Source of the DNA: Leucoraja ocellata
Taxonomy: Eukaryota
DNA: 64,000 nucleotides
Assembly (NCBI GenBank): GCA_036785375.1
Contig: JAWMAR010000023.1
Coordinates: 3,286,001-3,350,000, forward strand
Direction: 5' to 3'
Shown here: piece after piece, positions 50,301 to 64,000 of the stretch
Layout: each line of letters begins with the position of its first letter
Numbering within the stretch: the first letter of the stretch is position 1
Position numbers and translations under genes: made by a program
The notes under the pieces: generated by a model
What the model was told of the DNA's origin: nothing
The model's database searches: none
Seen by the model: only the letters and a program-made list of their open reading frames with translations

Positions 50301-53300
50301 TGCTTGCTGTCCTTTCAGTACAAAGGGCACAATGTCTGTTTGCATTATTCATTACTCTGAAATATACACATCTTTGGCGTCTTCTCGTTCTCTATATGGC
50401 CAGTCACGCCGTCTGCGCTGTCTGACATTGGTCTAATCAAGCTATGGTGATGAGGCTAGACACATGCAATATGATGCTGCAGTTTTAAGATTTGTTGTAA
50501 TCAAGACTTGGTCTGTTGAGCAAATACAAACAGTATAAGATGTTATTTAAAAATAACGGCCTTGCAATGTGTTGTGTTAGACATGGAACACTTCAATAAA
50601 AAGTGATAACCTGGTAATTATAGTCGCTGATGGAAAATTTAACTTTTACATAGGAAAGCAGTCCACTGCACAAGCAGCCCATCTGGGAGCAGTGATGGGA
50701 GGCCCAGCCGATTTTTAACTGCTGGTTCTCATTAATGAGCCCCTGACTGAGAGGCTGAGAAGTTAGCAGGAATCAGATGGCCCGGAGGCTGCCCATCAGG
50801 CTTTGGATAAATGTACGGATGTGGATTCTGAGCAGCCTGGGATTCTGTAGGGGGTGGGAGCCAGGCAGGAGCCAACGCCCCTGGAGGACATGAAGGGGCA
50901 CTCTTACTCCTAACCACACAAAGGTTTGATAGACTCACTAAATTCTTGGGTGTTTAGACTGCACAGACTGACGAGATAACTTACCTGCTCCATTCTTGGT
51001 ATGCATATGGGTTTTTTGCGGAATGAGGGAAATTAAAATTCCACAGAATTTAACTTTCAAGGCTTTAACCTGAAGGAACGGATTGGGCACACAGTAAGAG
51101 TGAACATCAGTAACTGGAGGAAGAAAATAAATGTTCGATGGGGAAAAGTTCGGGGCAGTAATGAAAAGGACTTGGACTAAAGCAGAATAAGCAATTTAAT
51201 TACCAGTCCAATGCTAGGTTACATTGGTGTTTGGGGAAGTTAATATTAATTTGAGTTTCCATTATCATCAGACATTTGAAGTAGCTTACCTTTCTTAATC
51301 TGTTTGCCAACCACATTCTTTTAGTAATAAGAATGTTGAAGTTTCATAGAGCCCACGATCTGCAATTTTCTGATAGAGTTTGTCTTTTGAAAATGTTGTA
51401 TAAAATTATATCATTATGGTAGACAAAGTTTAAAGTTGGAGTTGTGCATGATCATAGCCTATACAGCATGGAAACAGGCCCTTTGGCCCAACTTGTCCAT
51501 GCCGACCAAGATGCCCTATCTTCGCTAGTCCCATCTGTTGAGCATCATTCTGTAAGCAAATCGTGTAATTGAAATTAATTGTGGTATTAAAATAGATGAA
51601 ATAGTGAAAAAAAATTCAAAATATAGTTTCAGAAATATATTTTTAACTCAGAATTTTAAAATGATACAGAGAAACTGTGGATTTAATTGTTATTTTTAAA
51701 AATCCAATATTTGATTCTGTCAGAGGAATTATTGCTGGAAGTTACTTGGATTTCCTTTGTTTATTCTCTGGGTTTTTTAATAGATCTTGTAAAGCGCATA
51801 GTAAATATAGATAGAGACAGTAAAGAAAGAAGCTGGTCATGACTGTCAACCTAAGCAAAGGAAGGGGGTTTGGGGGGTGGGGGGGGGGGGGGGAAGAACT
51901 TTTGAAAGCTCTCAATGACAAAAGGAACCTTGTGTTGTTTTGAAACTGCTTTCAAGACACACAGTGATGTCTAATTGGTGTGGTCCAGCTCAGCAAAGAG
52001 ACCTCTGTCTGCTCTGAGTAAAAGCAACACTGTTGACAGCGTAACACCTGGCTGTGCTCCAGAATCAGTCCTGGCCTTGGAAATGGGAGCACATTTTATC
52101 GCTTGATTTTCTGCTGCATCGTAAGTATTTGAGCCTTGTGAATGGCTTATGATTATTCCTCAATGCCAAGTGACTGCTGGAGTTCAAGTGTAGAACAGAA
52201 TGTACAGAGCAACAATCGATATACTAAGTAATCACCCAACACTGGGGAAAGGGGTGGTGGTGTTTTTGTAGGTTACAGTGAACTTTGTAACATGACCCTG
52301 CTGTTTTATCAGTAATGCACTTGTAAACATTCCACAAATATACATGGAAAACACAAAATTAGTTGATTTTGTACACTGGCTAGAAAGTGAAGTGAAAAGT
52401 AATATTCTGAAAATTCTGTATGTGGTTGTATTTGAGCATTGAAGAAAATTTAAACATGTATTGTAGGCAATATGATATTTGCAGCATTATTCTCTGTGGT
52501 TTCTTTCTTTTAAAATATTTCTATGTTTTGGACAGTGTTGTCACTTTTCCTTGGTTTTGGTTGGTTTAATGTACAATTAAAAGCAATGAGCATTCTTTGG
52601 ATACTTTAAAAAAAAAAAGCAAAATGGTAAGAGTGAACAAAGCAATGGAAAAATGCAATACATAGAATTCATTAGTATTATTTGTGAAATTAATAGAGGC
52701 TTGGAATAGATTAGTTCACACTGAACCATTCAAATGCCATTTAACTTTTTCCTGTTTTTGTAAAATTTGTTTTGTTGTTTGAAGTTTCCAACAGAAAGAT
52801 TAGCCCTGCTAATTTATAAATATTTTTGAATTTTGTTTGATTTTATTACTTCTGCTGATTTTTTTGTTGGTCTCATTTTGAATGCTACTTTGAGCAGGTA
52901 AGTATAGATGAGGAAATGGAACAAAGGACAGTGCGAACATACTAGAATTCCCAAAATTCTCCAAGCATCTGAAGAAATTATTGAAAGCCACAAATTGTAC
53001 AACACTTAAAAATTAGTGATGTAAATTAATCTAGAATATCAAGTCACAATTTTATTGTTAATCATTATATAGGTTTGAATGATCAATCTATACAGGTATA
53101 GTGTTTTGTGTCTTTACACTACATCCTCTGTTGCATGAAATCATGGGTTTGATTAGTTTATGTGAATGTGCAATGAAATTCCTTGTTCACACAGTAAGCA
53201 ATATACTAATGATAAAATAGCAATAAGTAAAATCACAATCAACAAGTGAAAATCACCAGAATGGTGGACAATTGTGTAAAATCCAATGAGTGCAAAAATT

Positions 53301-53399
53301 ATTGAGGTGCAATAATGGAATAACTGAATGAGGTCAAGTTAACTGTAAGCATATGTGACATACCTCCAGGAATGAGGTGCGAAAGAGGTGATTGGTTCA

Positions 53400-53600
53400 G
53401 GAGACACAAGGAACTGCACATGCTGGAATCTTGAGCAAAAAACACAAAGTGCTGGAGTAGCTCAATGAGTCAGGCAGCATCTCTAGAGAACATCGATAGA
53501 TGATGTTTTGGGTCGGGACCCTTCTTCAGCCTGATTGTAGTAGGGGCAAAAAAGCTGGAAGAGAGCTGGATGCGGGACAAAATCACCACTCTGCTGTTGG
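53400..53600 (-). mobile_element. Penelope-derived pseudo-LTR fragment
   Basis: CTGAAGAAGGGTCCCGACCC on -. Confidence 0.65.
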
Positions 53601-54470
53601 AGATGGATTCCTCACCCGTGTCTTCTCTGTGTCCTTTAGTTCTGCTCTCACTCTTCCCCCCCCCCCCCCGACAGATCAGAGTAAGCTTCATTGGTTTTAT
53701 TGAATCACTGAGGAAGCTGAGTTTAAAACAATTTTGGTCCAGCCAAGAAAAGAAGGATGTTCTTCTCTTCATGATTTTTTAAATTCATTTATTCATCCAT
53801 GGGTGTGGACATTTTTGGAAATCCTAACATTTATTGCCCATCCCTAATTGTTCCTGATCTGAGGAGACAGTTAATGCTCAACCTAATAGGACTGGGATCC
53901 CATATGGGCCAGACTGGGTAAAGACAGTAGATTTCCTCTTCTGCAGGACATGGGTAAACCTGGTATTTTTGCAACTGTCCAGGAGACTTCCTTTAAAAAG
54001 AAAATTGGCTGCAAGAACAATAAATTAACCACACTTGGCCAGATTGCAATTCTGGTCACACAGAAATAATCTGTCCTCAGACCTCACCAGAAATTTGACT
54101 TGTGTCTTCCCAATTCTTTACTATTATGGTACCTCAAGAAAAATGGGTTTTACCAGAATAATTACAGGAATCAAGAATTTCAATTATGGGGTTTGACTGA
54201 TAACTGGGGTTAGTTGTTTACATTGGAAGAGGATCTGACAGGGTTATTGAAAGGGTATTGACAGGGTCGATGAAGAGAAACAATCCCAATGAGGCAATTA
54301 TCTAGGGGACATGAAATGAAGGTGATTGGTAAAAGAATCAAAACTGACATGAAAAACCTGTTGCATACAGCAAGTAGGTGGGTTCGGGGTTGCTTTGCTA
54401 GAGAGAGTAGTGAAGACAAGCTCAAATGTGACCCATCAGAAGTGAGCTGAGTGGATGAGATAATTGGGGC

Positions 54471-54654
54471 TGCACAAAAATGCTGGAGAAACTCAGCGGG
54501 TGCAGCAGAATCTATTGAGCGAAGGAGATAGGTGACGTTTCGGGCCGAAACGTTACCTATCTCCTTCGCTCCATAGATGCTGCTGCACCCGCTGAGTTTC
54601 TCCAGCATTTTTGTGTACCTTCGATTTTCCAGCATCTGCAGTTCCTTCTTGAAC
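54471..54654. mobile_element. Young fold-back Penelope-derived element
   Basis: ~70-bp near-perfect inverted arms centred on GTTTCGGGCCGAAAC; perfect 13-bp TSD AGATAATTGGGGC. Confidence 0.85.
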
Positions 54655-57600
54655 AGATAATTGGGGCACTCTGGTTGAGTATCCAGTAGTTAGGATATCT
54701 TGTACTTCTGCAATCATTCATCAGAGCGAATTTAAAAAAAAAAATTTTGTTTTCCAAGATTTTATTTTGTTTGAAGTAGTGTGGGAATGGGCATGGATGT
54801 GAGATCATAAAATTAATCATAACCTGTATGGGACACTGCAATATTGGATACCTCAATACCAAATGGGATATGGCTTTTGTTTTCCTGTTATTAATTTTCA
54901 GACTTTTAGATCATATATCTTGCATTTGCTAATACCTTTTATATAGGTTCATCCACTAGGAAAGGAGATGAGATTCTAAAAGGCAATGGATACTCGTGGA
55001 ATCTATACACTAGTGGAAGTCAACATCATTAACAGAGGATGAGAGAGAAAATCATCAAAAGCGTTCTCAGTGTATCAAAGAGCCTCCTTCACAACTGATT
55101 TACATTCATTGAGATTTAATCCATTGCAGGAATGCAGACAATAGGGATTTCCTAGCCTGATAAAGTTGCCCTGATAAAGAAAATCACTGTCTTTTAAATG
55201 AAGACGTTCTGTTGTTTTCTGTTTTCAACATGTAAACATTCCCTGCTTAGTTTTCATTTTGCATTTGACCAATTTGAACCAAAGCTAGCAAGTCTGACAG
55301 TACAGACATAAAGATACGAGTTCTCGTGACCAGCAGTTTGCACTTTGGCCACAGTCATCAATCTAGGTGTAGTTTACATCCGCAATAGTAATAATTTGGA
55401 GAGTTGTTCTTTTCCACACTGAAGTATCTACTTAACTTGTATGTAATTTAATATGTAACAAAGCAATGCAAGTGGAAGGTTTTGGGGTGTAAATGGGGAA
55501 AGTATCTGGATTTAAAAAAAAACTTTTAAGAGTAGCATTTTGGCACAGTTCGACGTGATAGTGAGACCATTCCAAGAAAGAAGCTTCTTAATCAGAGTTT
55601 CTGTGAGAAAGTTATCTTCACTATTTGAAACACTTTTTAAGTAACCCCAATGGAAATTCCAGACATTTTTCAATTCTGTATTTTATTAACTTTGGATGAC
55701 CTGGTTCATGGTATTTTCATAATTTAATCGTTTTTTAATAGAAGAGACACCAAGAAATACATATGTTAATTTGGTTTTAATTTAAAAGATCTATGAGAAA
55801 AAGTTCAGTGCATGTTACCTATATTGTATTGACTAAATCTGCCTTGGAGCGGTCTTTACTAGAAAACATGCCATTTTAAGAATTCTGATGTCACCAATAA
55901 GGTTTTCACTGAGAGGAATAAAATAGGTATTGATAAACACTAATACCCTGGCAGTATAACATTTAGCATTTGTTCTTTGATTTAAATGGAACTAAATACC
56001 AATGTCAGCAACATTTAGAATTTTAAGAGTTCAATTTATGAGCCAGATGAATCATTCAACCAACCTAATCAAAGCAGATCAGATGGTTATGTATTGAAAG
56101 GTGGGAATGCGCTGTGTCTTATGTGATTGCTGTATCTGGGAAAATAAAACATTATTTCTGGAAAGCTTAAGTTTGGAAAAAGAAAACTATATAAATGCAA
56201 GTTCTTGTTTTTTTTAATAATAATTTTTTCAAAAAAATTGTATTTGCTAATGGTCATAAAGAATTTAGCTATGCAATGCAAATAGGCAACATGGGCTTCA
56301 TTGATTTGGGTGTTATATACAGCATTCTGGTTCAAATTTAATATATGTACAAAATATTAATGCACCTTTGACTGACTGCCATTTTAGTAAAGGACTCTAG
56401 ATGGCTTTTATGCATCAATGGCCCATGCGATGTTAGACCCAAGCTCATTGTGATAGATAACTCATTTACCCATACCTAATACAGGCTTTTGGATGAAGTC
56501 TAGAGTCCTTTCTTCCCAGCATTGAATGGAAGATATCTACAGCCACACAAACAGCATCTTTCAGCATTCAAGTGCCACATCATGTAGGCCCATTTAAAAA
56601 AAATCACCAAGCATTCTAATCAATTACCCAATATTCGACCATTCTCCTATACACTAAGAGCAAATTACTGTGGCCGGCTATTCTACCAATCCCATCTGCT
56701 CACCTGTAGCCCTGCTAAGGCATCAGAGGTTCAACTGTGCATGTGCATCCATCCCCTTCTATGGCTGCCTCATATGTGTTACGCTTGACTCATGTCTTGG
56801 CTGCAGGCCACATGCGACCAGTTACTTGGCAATGGAGATCCTATCCATATAAATCTTTGGACGAAGAAAAGTGTTAGGGCTGGTTATTTCAGGTGACTGT
56901 GTCATCGCAGCTATTTCACACCTTGGTTGCCACCACCAATTCTTGTCCACGTTATGTTCATGTTCAGGAAAGTGGTGGAAGACAAATGAGACCTATGTAC
57001 TTGTGTCCTTTGTGTAAATTGCATGACTTTTTGAGATGTAGATGAAGAGAATGGATGAAATTTGAGCATTCTTTCGTCATCTCAGCTTTTCAGCTCGTCA
57101 CACACATCGTTGTGATGAGTTGCATTCCTTGGGGTCAATAATTGTCGTGCTAGTTCACAACTGATTATCTGCCACAAGTGGCATTTTGAAAATAAATTTC
57201 ATTTTGCATTATGTAAGCCTCGCTGCCAAATGCTAGTATTGATGACGCATATCTAATTGTCCTTGAGGAAGTGGTACTGATCTGCTGCCTGGAGATGCTG
57301 CATTCTGCCTGAACCCATTGCCAACTTTGTATCTCCTTCTGTGGCTAAAAGGGAGTGTGGGCATGAGTACCTTTTGATATGTTTGAATGTTGTGTCTGTC
57401 TTATTGGATGTTCAAATTGAGAGGTTAAAGCTTGGCATATTGGTATATGTATGTAGTATATTGGTATGAATGTGCATTTGAACATTTGGTCATAAGATTG
57501 CAGATAAATCATGTACGGCAGCTGCAGAGGAAATTTGCTGGCCTCCTCTTGTTTTGGCTCCTGTCAGTTAAGGCTTGCCGTTTGAAATGCAATCAGCAAA

Positions 57601-57714
57601 AGTCTGGACAGGTGATGCCAGTTCCAAGGTGCCACATATTTTGGAGCATTACGAGGACAAGCTAATCTGCATGATCCTATGACTGCCAATCATCGGCAGA
57701 GAATGGGTGACCAG

Positions 57715-58262
57715 GGTCAGGAAAGAGGGGGGAGGGAAAAGCAAAAAAATGGGATGCAGTGTTTCCTAGAATTGGACAATTTAATGTTCATACCAAGCGG
57801 ATAATGAGGTACTGTTCCTCCAGTTTGTGTGTATCCTCACTTAGGCAATGGAGGAGGCCCAGGATGGAAAAATAGTTAGCAAATGGGAAATCCAGCATGC
57901 CTTGGCAGACCAAGCCCGAGTGCTTGGTGCAACAATTGCATACTCTACACTAAAGAGGGAAGATGATTAGATTTTACTGCCTTCTATCACAATGAGGAAT
58001 GTGGAATCTGCGTGGTGGATGTTTATGTTAGTGTGTTTTGTTGCTTTTTTCTGGTATGACTGTATGGTAAATCAAATTTCATTGTACCTTAAATGGTACA
58101 CGTGACAAGGACTGTTGAACCGTTGGTCTCGCCGATGTAAAGGAGGACACATCGGGTGCACCATGTGCAGTAGATGAGGTCGGAGGAGATGAACGTGAAC
58201 CACTGCCTCACCTGGAAGCGCTGCTGTGGTCCCTGAACTGAGGAAGGAGGTGTACGGGCACC
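57715..58262 (-). mobile_element. Penelope-like element GIY-YIG endonuclease fragments
   Basis: Minus strand 58121-58236 reads QGPQQRFQVRQWFTFISSDLIYCTWCTRCVLLYIGET; decayed endonuclease C-terminus near 57770-57825. Confidence 0.75.
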
Positions 58263-58931
58263 TTAGTAGAGCTGCTGCTTTCACTGCCATGGTCTGGTTT
58301 ACCTAGAATAACATAATTTGTTGGAAATTCCTTGTTATGTTATTGCATTTAATGTGCCTGCAAAACTAGCAAATAAGAATTTAATTGTCTTGGTTCATAC
58401 AACATTTGAACATCTTGATGACTTGACTAAGTATAATCAAATAAGACATTTTATAGGGTGGTATTTGCTGCGCAATGCAAGTTCTAGCTTTGGAACAGTA
58501 GAAGAGCTTGTAACATGAAATTTGCTGGTAATTTTCTTTTGATTTTCCCCTCCACTGTGACACCACTCTCCAATGTCATTCTAAAACCTTTCCTTGAGTA
58601 GAAAGTCTTAAATTTTAGGTGTAGTTGCTTAATTAATGTCTTCTACCGTGTTGATTCATCTGCTAATTGATTTGTGATGCAAAGGCATAAAACCATTACC
58701 CCTATTTTTTGTTTACTGGAGCTTAATCCTTTTAGTGGATTTTCAACTGGTGCTGAGATAGTTTTGTGGGCACTTCAAGCTGACTCAAATGTCTCTTCTT
58801 TTCCTTTAGATTTACACAATGGAAAGTTCTGTGTCTCCTCTTGATTATATTATATTGTCTGTGCATTATAATGTTGATTTTTCAGATAAAGAGCTTAATT
58901 TCACTTTCTTTCTCATTGGTGAAGAGAGTAT

Positions 58932-59804
58932 AGGGGGTTGCACGTAAGGTCATCCGGTCAAAGGGCGTGACACACGGAGTAGCTTAATCCTTCTGGAGTA
59001 CAAGGCAGCTTCCGGCATACACTAGTAACACACGAAACACGTACGTTCTTACCTATTAGAAACATCCAAATTGGTAAATTTTGGCCCTGTAAATTATTGT
59101 GGAAATAGTGGTAACCGTGAGAGAGAAAACCGCCAAAATCACTGCTGCTCACTGACTTGCGAAAGAGCAGTGTGCCGGCAGATTGAGGGCAAGTCCCAGC
59201 CCATGACCGCCCGGGGCTGGAGTCATGAACCCGAGTACCAAGGTGCAGGCGGCCGAAGGAGCGGATCCCTCGGGACAGCCCCCACTCTCCCCCAGGGATC
59301 AGCGATGTCCGGCCACGGCTGCCCTCCGCCCCGTCGCCCTCTGTGCGGCCAAACTGTGATGGTCTGTGGGTCGGCAGTGCCCACACACGGGGCTAGGTGG
59401 AGCGGGTCGGCTCCGGGCAGCGGACACACGGGGCCATAAACCCGGCAACGTCCCCGTCAACTGCAGCAGAGTTGGGGACAGTCTGGTCCCTCCGCCCGCC
59501 TAGAGTCACTGACCGCGCTGCACTGGCACCGGATCCCGACCCCCACACCGGGGTGATTCCCCCCTGATTCACCCCCCCTTGGACCCCCACCATCACACGG
59601 GGTGATTCAGCCCCCGGGTGCCGGGCGTTTCAGCCGCCAAACATTGGCCCGGGGTCCACGTGTGTAGAATCAGTCAGAGTGTAGTCCGGATGCTGGCAGC
59701 TATAGTAAGTGATTACCTGACGTTCACCATTTGTACTCCAGAAGGCGTTGCATGGCAACAGTACGGGTCACGGGTCGTGACCTCGACTGCCGTGCAACCT
59801 CCCT
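58932..59804. mobile_element. GC-rich non-autonomous TIR DNA transposon (superfamily uncertain)
   Basis: AT|AGGGGGTTGCACG ... CGTGCAACCTCCCT|AT; sharp GC/CpG-rich island in AT-rich intron. Confidence 0.65.
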
Positions 59805-62800
59805 ATTCAGGCTGCTTTGCTGGTAGAGGTCTTATCAAGTTTAAAATTTAAAACCTATCTGATCACAGTCAGTCCTAACCAAATCCCAGCCCAAGGCCAT
59901 GTATAATAGGTTCAAGACTGGACCCAAAAGCATTTCCAGACAAAATGTTAAAAAGAATCACCATAAGGCATGTACATTGCTGTATATGTCATTGATCAAA
60001 AACAGAAAGACTACCATTATACTGAGCATAACTCTGATCTGAATGAAGCTCTGAGGTGCACTGAACCTAGATGTTTTATCAGAAAAGATGCTTGGAGGGA
60101 GTCAGGTCACATCAGACACAGGGCGTGCAGCCAGGTTCTAATTCCTTGCATGTGCAGACTGGCTGTGGTCGTTCCACAAGTTCTGGAGTTGCAGCAATGT
60201 TGGGTAATGCTATTACTAGTAAATGCTCTTTTGCTGAGGGAACAGCATGCTTACTGCTCCCAGGATGCTGGGAGGATCTGGTTTAAATAAAGTTATTTCG
60301 GATTACAGACTTTAAAACATTCTGTTTTATATAGCTAGCAGGTGCTCCTGGGTGTAGAAGATGTTCATCTCAGAAACTAATAGAACAAGAGGTGTATACA
60401 ACCATCAGTAAAAAAGCACAATCTTATTTTACAGCAATACACTTTCTAACAGAAATATTAAGAGAATAGTATCAGCTTTTTTGTATTCTTTGCCTTGTGG
60501 GGTGGGGTTATAATCGCAGTTCCAACCTAGCTGAAATCAGAAACTGAACAAGATGGGTATCCTGATTGGGCACTTGTGGTTGTGTGACTTGATTCAATTG
60601 AAGTCTGTAAGATTGCACCGTACAAAGTCATTCACTAGTATTTTCCCTTTTCAAATTGAACAATGTTGGCATTATTGTTAATAATGTTATGCTATTTGAG
60701 CCTTAAGTGTCAATCTTCTAAAATTTAAGTATACGTGTCATTAGTAAACTCATCCTTTTCTAACAAGGGTTAAAAATTCTCCAGATGTTTTAGACTAGAA
60801 ATAGTGCTTGCCTTTCTTGTTCCTTTTTGCTGGAATAATGGCTCCTTATTCTAAATAAAAACTTTGCAAACCCCACATGCCCAGAAATGTCTCCACTCGC
60901 ATTGGCAGAATCTTAGTATTATTTGCTCCAGATTAGCATCCAAATTTTTCCAGCTTGCTCCAAATTAATTAAATATTGATTCAACTTTAAAATCCATTGC
61001 TTATTACATATTTATCTTAACTCATTTATGAATGTACAAAGGTAGGAATATTTCCTCCTCGAACTCATCACGAATAAACAGCGTACCTTTATGTGAGTCA
61101 TAAAAATGTTAACTGCGTGACAGTCATAGTACATAACTAGCAGTTCCAAAGCATGCAACTCAAGACATGCAAACAGTTACATTAAAGTGTTAATATACAG
61201 ACCTGCACAAGCATTTATGAAACCAATATGTTTTGTTTTCCTGTCTGAGGTTTTATTAGTAACAGGATGTGGGCAGTTGAAGGCCACATGAGGGTCAGAG
61301 GAACAAGATTATTACATTGGGTGTTTGAGAGGAACCTATTGGTACTGTTTTGATTAGCACAGGAATGCATTCAGGATTACGCCCTGTTTCAAGAAAAACA
61401 GTAGATGGTTTCACTTGAAGTGCAGAATCCAGTGTACACCGATCCTTAGAAATTGGATCCATTTGCATGGAGTTTTTTTTGTGTGCAAATCATGACTCCT
61501 TTTACCACGGCTGACATTTGCTTGGCGTCAGTCAGCTAATAATGTCATAGGTCGCCTAGCACACATTTCCTCCACTGCCGGCAGAAATTGAATTTTTGAG
61601 GGGGAAACCTATGACCTTCACTGTTCACTCACTAAAAAAGGAACACCAGAGTGTGATGGCAGTTAAAGGTTCTGCATTGTTGCATCAAACTCTGGTACAC
61701 AGTGTTTCCCAGACTCATTTTTCAATGGTCAGCATTCTACTACAGAATTCACAGGAGCTGTGATGACTGCCTCATTCTTCAGCTGACAGTGGCAGTGGAT
61801 CAGTCACAATATGATAGTTGATAGGACGGTATCTCATGGGGTGTTGGGGGAAGAGGCCCCAGATACACCCCCAGTTCTGTGTCTACCCTTAATCCCCAAA
61901 CCACAAATTTCCTTAGAAGTCTTTTCCGTGCCTGCCATGTGGAGAGTTCTTTTTAAATGCTTCGCAGTCAGTCTGCAGCAGCTGCAAATGTGCATGCTAA
62001 ATGCACTCTTGCTGAATGTTATCTTTTTGTTTAATAAAGGAACCAGAGTGAGCTTCAGCGCTTTACATTCTAAAACGGCAAACGCCCTGTCGACACAAAA
62101 TATTTTCATTTCTCTGGTTGGTTTTTAGCCTGCGTGCATTTTACCTTTGAATTGAATGGAATGCAAAATTGGATCAGAATTTTGAAAATGATAGGCATTC
62201 AGTAATAATAGCCATGAAATAATAACATGTTAGCAATATGAATCTATCAAAGAAAGGGTACAAAGTACTTTTAAATTATGCTAAATTAATGACCAGTGAA
62301 GTCAGTAATCTTTTCCACATTTCGCTAATGCTGCAGGAGGAAGTATTAAGACGTTGTGAAGTCACATAGTGAGTATAAGGTGGTGTGGCTAAAAGTAATG
62401 GGGATAATGTTTTTAATAATGGTCCACTGTTGAAGAACTTTACAATTGCTCTGCTGTTAGAATCTTAATTGGCCATGTGTGTTGTTCCAAACAGTATGGG
62501 AATATCTTCACAGTTTTATTTCTTGTACCCTGCAAATTCTTATCTCTGAAATAATGTTGTAATTGTTGTGCAGTAGTGAATTGTCCATCTAGATTTTTTT
62601 TTACCTTAAATGTACATTTTGGCTTCTTGATTTGGCATAAAGTTCAAACTTAGAATTGATATTCATATACTGCAGGGATCATTACAAGGATCTCCCAGAC
62701 TGTTAACAGCAAGTACCAAGCAGGACCCCTGAAGGGTCTCAGTAGTACCAGCCTGTCCGTGTCCCCAAAATCCCTCTTTTCTCTTTGCTGCAGCATCCTT

Positions 62801-63394
62801 TCAGTTGCAACTGTTCTGTAGTGAGAAGAGTGTTGATGTGTTGTGGTATATCACTGTATATTGTTTTGGGTCAGGTAGGGACCTACTAGCCTACATGCTT
62901 GCAGATGACAAAAGCTGTTCTGTGAAGTTCAGAATTGCAGTTATCGTTGTTGCTTTTATAAAAACTGGTGCCAGAGTAACCCACAATGCTGTTTTAATGT
63001 TAAAAAATTCTCAAATAATAATTTTGAGCCAATTTTCTTTAAACATGTCCATGAGAATTGGTTCAGTTGAATGAAACACTGTAAGGTTACTGAAATGGGG
63101 AAGGGAAAGTTGGGGTCCAGGTGCAAGTATACTGCAGGAATTAAGACAGACTTGCTTTTGTAGAGACATTTTGTTGAAGAAAGAGGTATACTATTTCCAC
63201 CAATAACTTACTATTTTGGCAGTGTTATCTGTAGTTCTTTCATCTGCCAAACCACTGATCAGACTTAATACCATCATATTCAAGATGGGACAGTATATTT
63301 TTTGTTAAAACTAGATTTTATGAATCATTTAAAGAATCGAACAGTTTTCTCTTGATTTGAAGTTGAGTTGTTAAATAAGCAATCAATTGTTTTT

Positions 63395-63818
63395 AGAAAC
63401 ATAAAAACATAGAAATTAGGTGCAGGAGTAGGCCATTCGGCCCTTCGAGCCTGCACCGCCATTCAATATGATCATGGCTGATCATCCAACTCAGTATCCC
63501 GTACCTGCCTTCTCTCCATACCCCCTGATCCCCTTAGCCACAAGGGCCACATCTAACTCCCTCTTAAATATAGCCAATGAACTGGCCGCAACTACCCTCT
63601 GTGGCAGAGAGTTCCAGAGATTCACCACTCTCTGTGTGAAAAAAGTTCTTCTCATTTCGGTTTTAAAGGATTTCCCCCTTATTCTTAAGCTGTGACCCCT
63701 TGTCCTGGACTTCCCCAACATCGGGAACAATCTTCCTGCATCTAGCCTGTCCAACCCCTTAAGAATTTTGTAAGTTTCTATAAGATCCCCTCTCAATCTC
63801 CTAAATTCTAGAGAGTAT
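63395..63818 (-). mobile_element. Young CR1 LINE 3' end
   Basis: RGDLIETYKILKGLDRLDAGRLFPMLGKSRTRGHSLRIRG..FFTQRVVNLWNSLPQ; (TTTCTATG)-type tail. Confidence 0.92.
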
Positions 63819-64000
63819 AATTGTTTTTAAACTTCTGTTTGTTTTTTCTTATTTGGAAAGAATAAGAAATTAAAATTGAAACGGTATAAATACTGAATTC
63901 TCCAATTTTATGTAACCCCATCTTTCCTCCCTCTCCCTCTATCCTTTCCAGGGCCCCACCGGGACTCCCACCTGTTTCTCCCCTCCAACCCTTCTCCCTA

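Larger units (their letters stand above)
35235..64000 (+). other. SKI: SKI intron 1 (exon 2 not recognised in this window)
   Basis: GT donor at 35235; no further SKI-like ORF; vertebrate SKI has a long first intron. Confidence 0.75.

Noticed and set aside
58958-59851. Several ORFs in a GC-rich island
   Set aside because: Lie within a TIR element; no transposase or host-protein motifs

Overview
Vertebrate genomic DNA; the repeat types (CR1, Rex1/Babar, Penelope, tRNA-derived SINEs) suggest a cartilaginous fish, probably a skate or ray (inference). The only host coding sequence I can support is the first coding exon of SKI (34326-35234, +), followed by more than 28 kb of intron 1. The rest is intergenic or intronic, with decayed Rex1/Babar, CR1, L2, Tx1-like and Penelope retroelements, SINEs, DNA-transposon MITEs (hAT, PIF/Harbinger, Tigger-like) and a probable Helitron. 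Bases 1-1979 repeat 3213-5191 across a 200-N gap, probably an assembly artefact. The best finding is a 136-bp retroelement with a 12-bp TSD, 1.25 kb upstream of the SKI ATG, whose first 54 nt fold into a complete minimal HDV-like self-cleaving ribozyme. There is also a family of short Penelope-derived elements carrying minimal hammerhead ribozyme motifs, several in fold-back form. All calls are by eye, without database searches.
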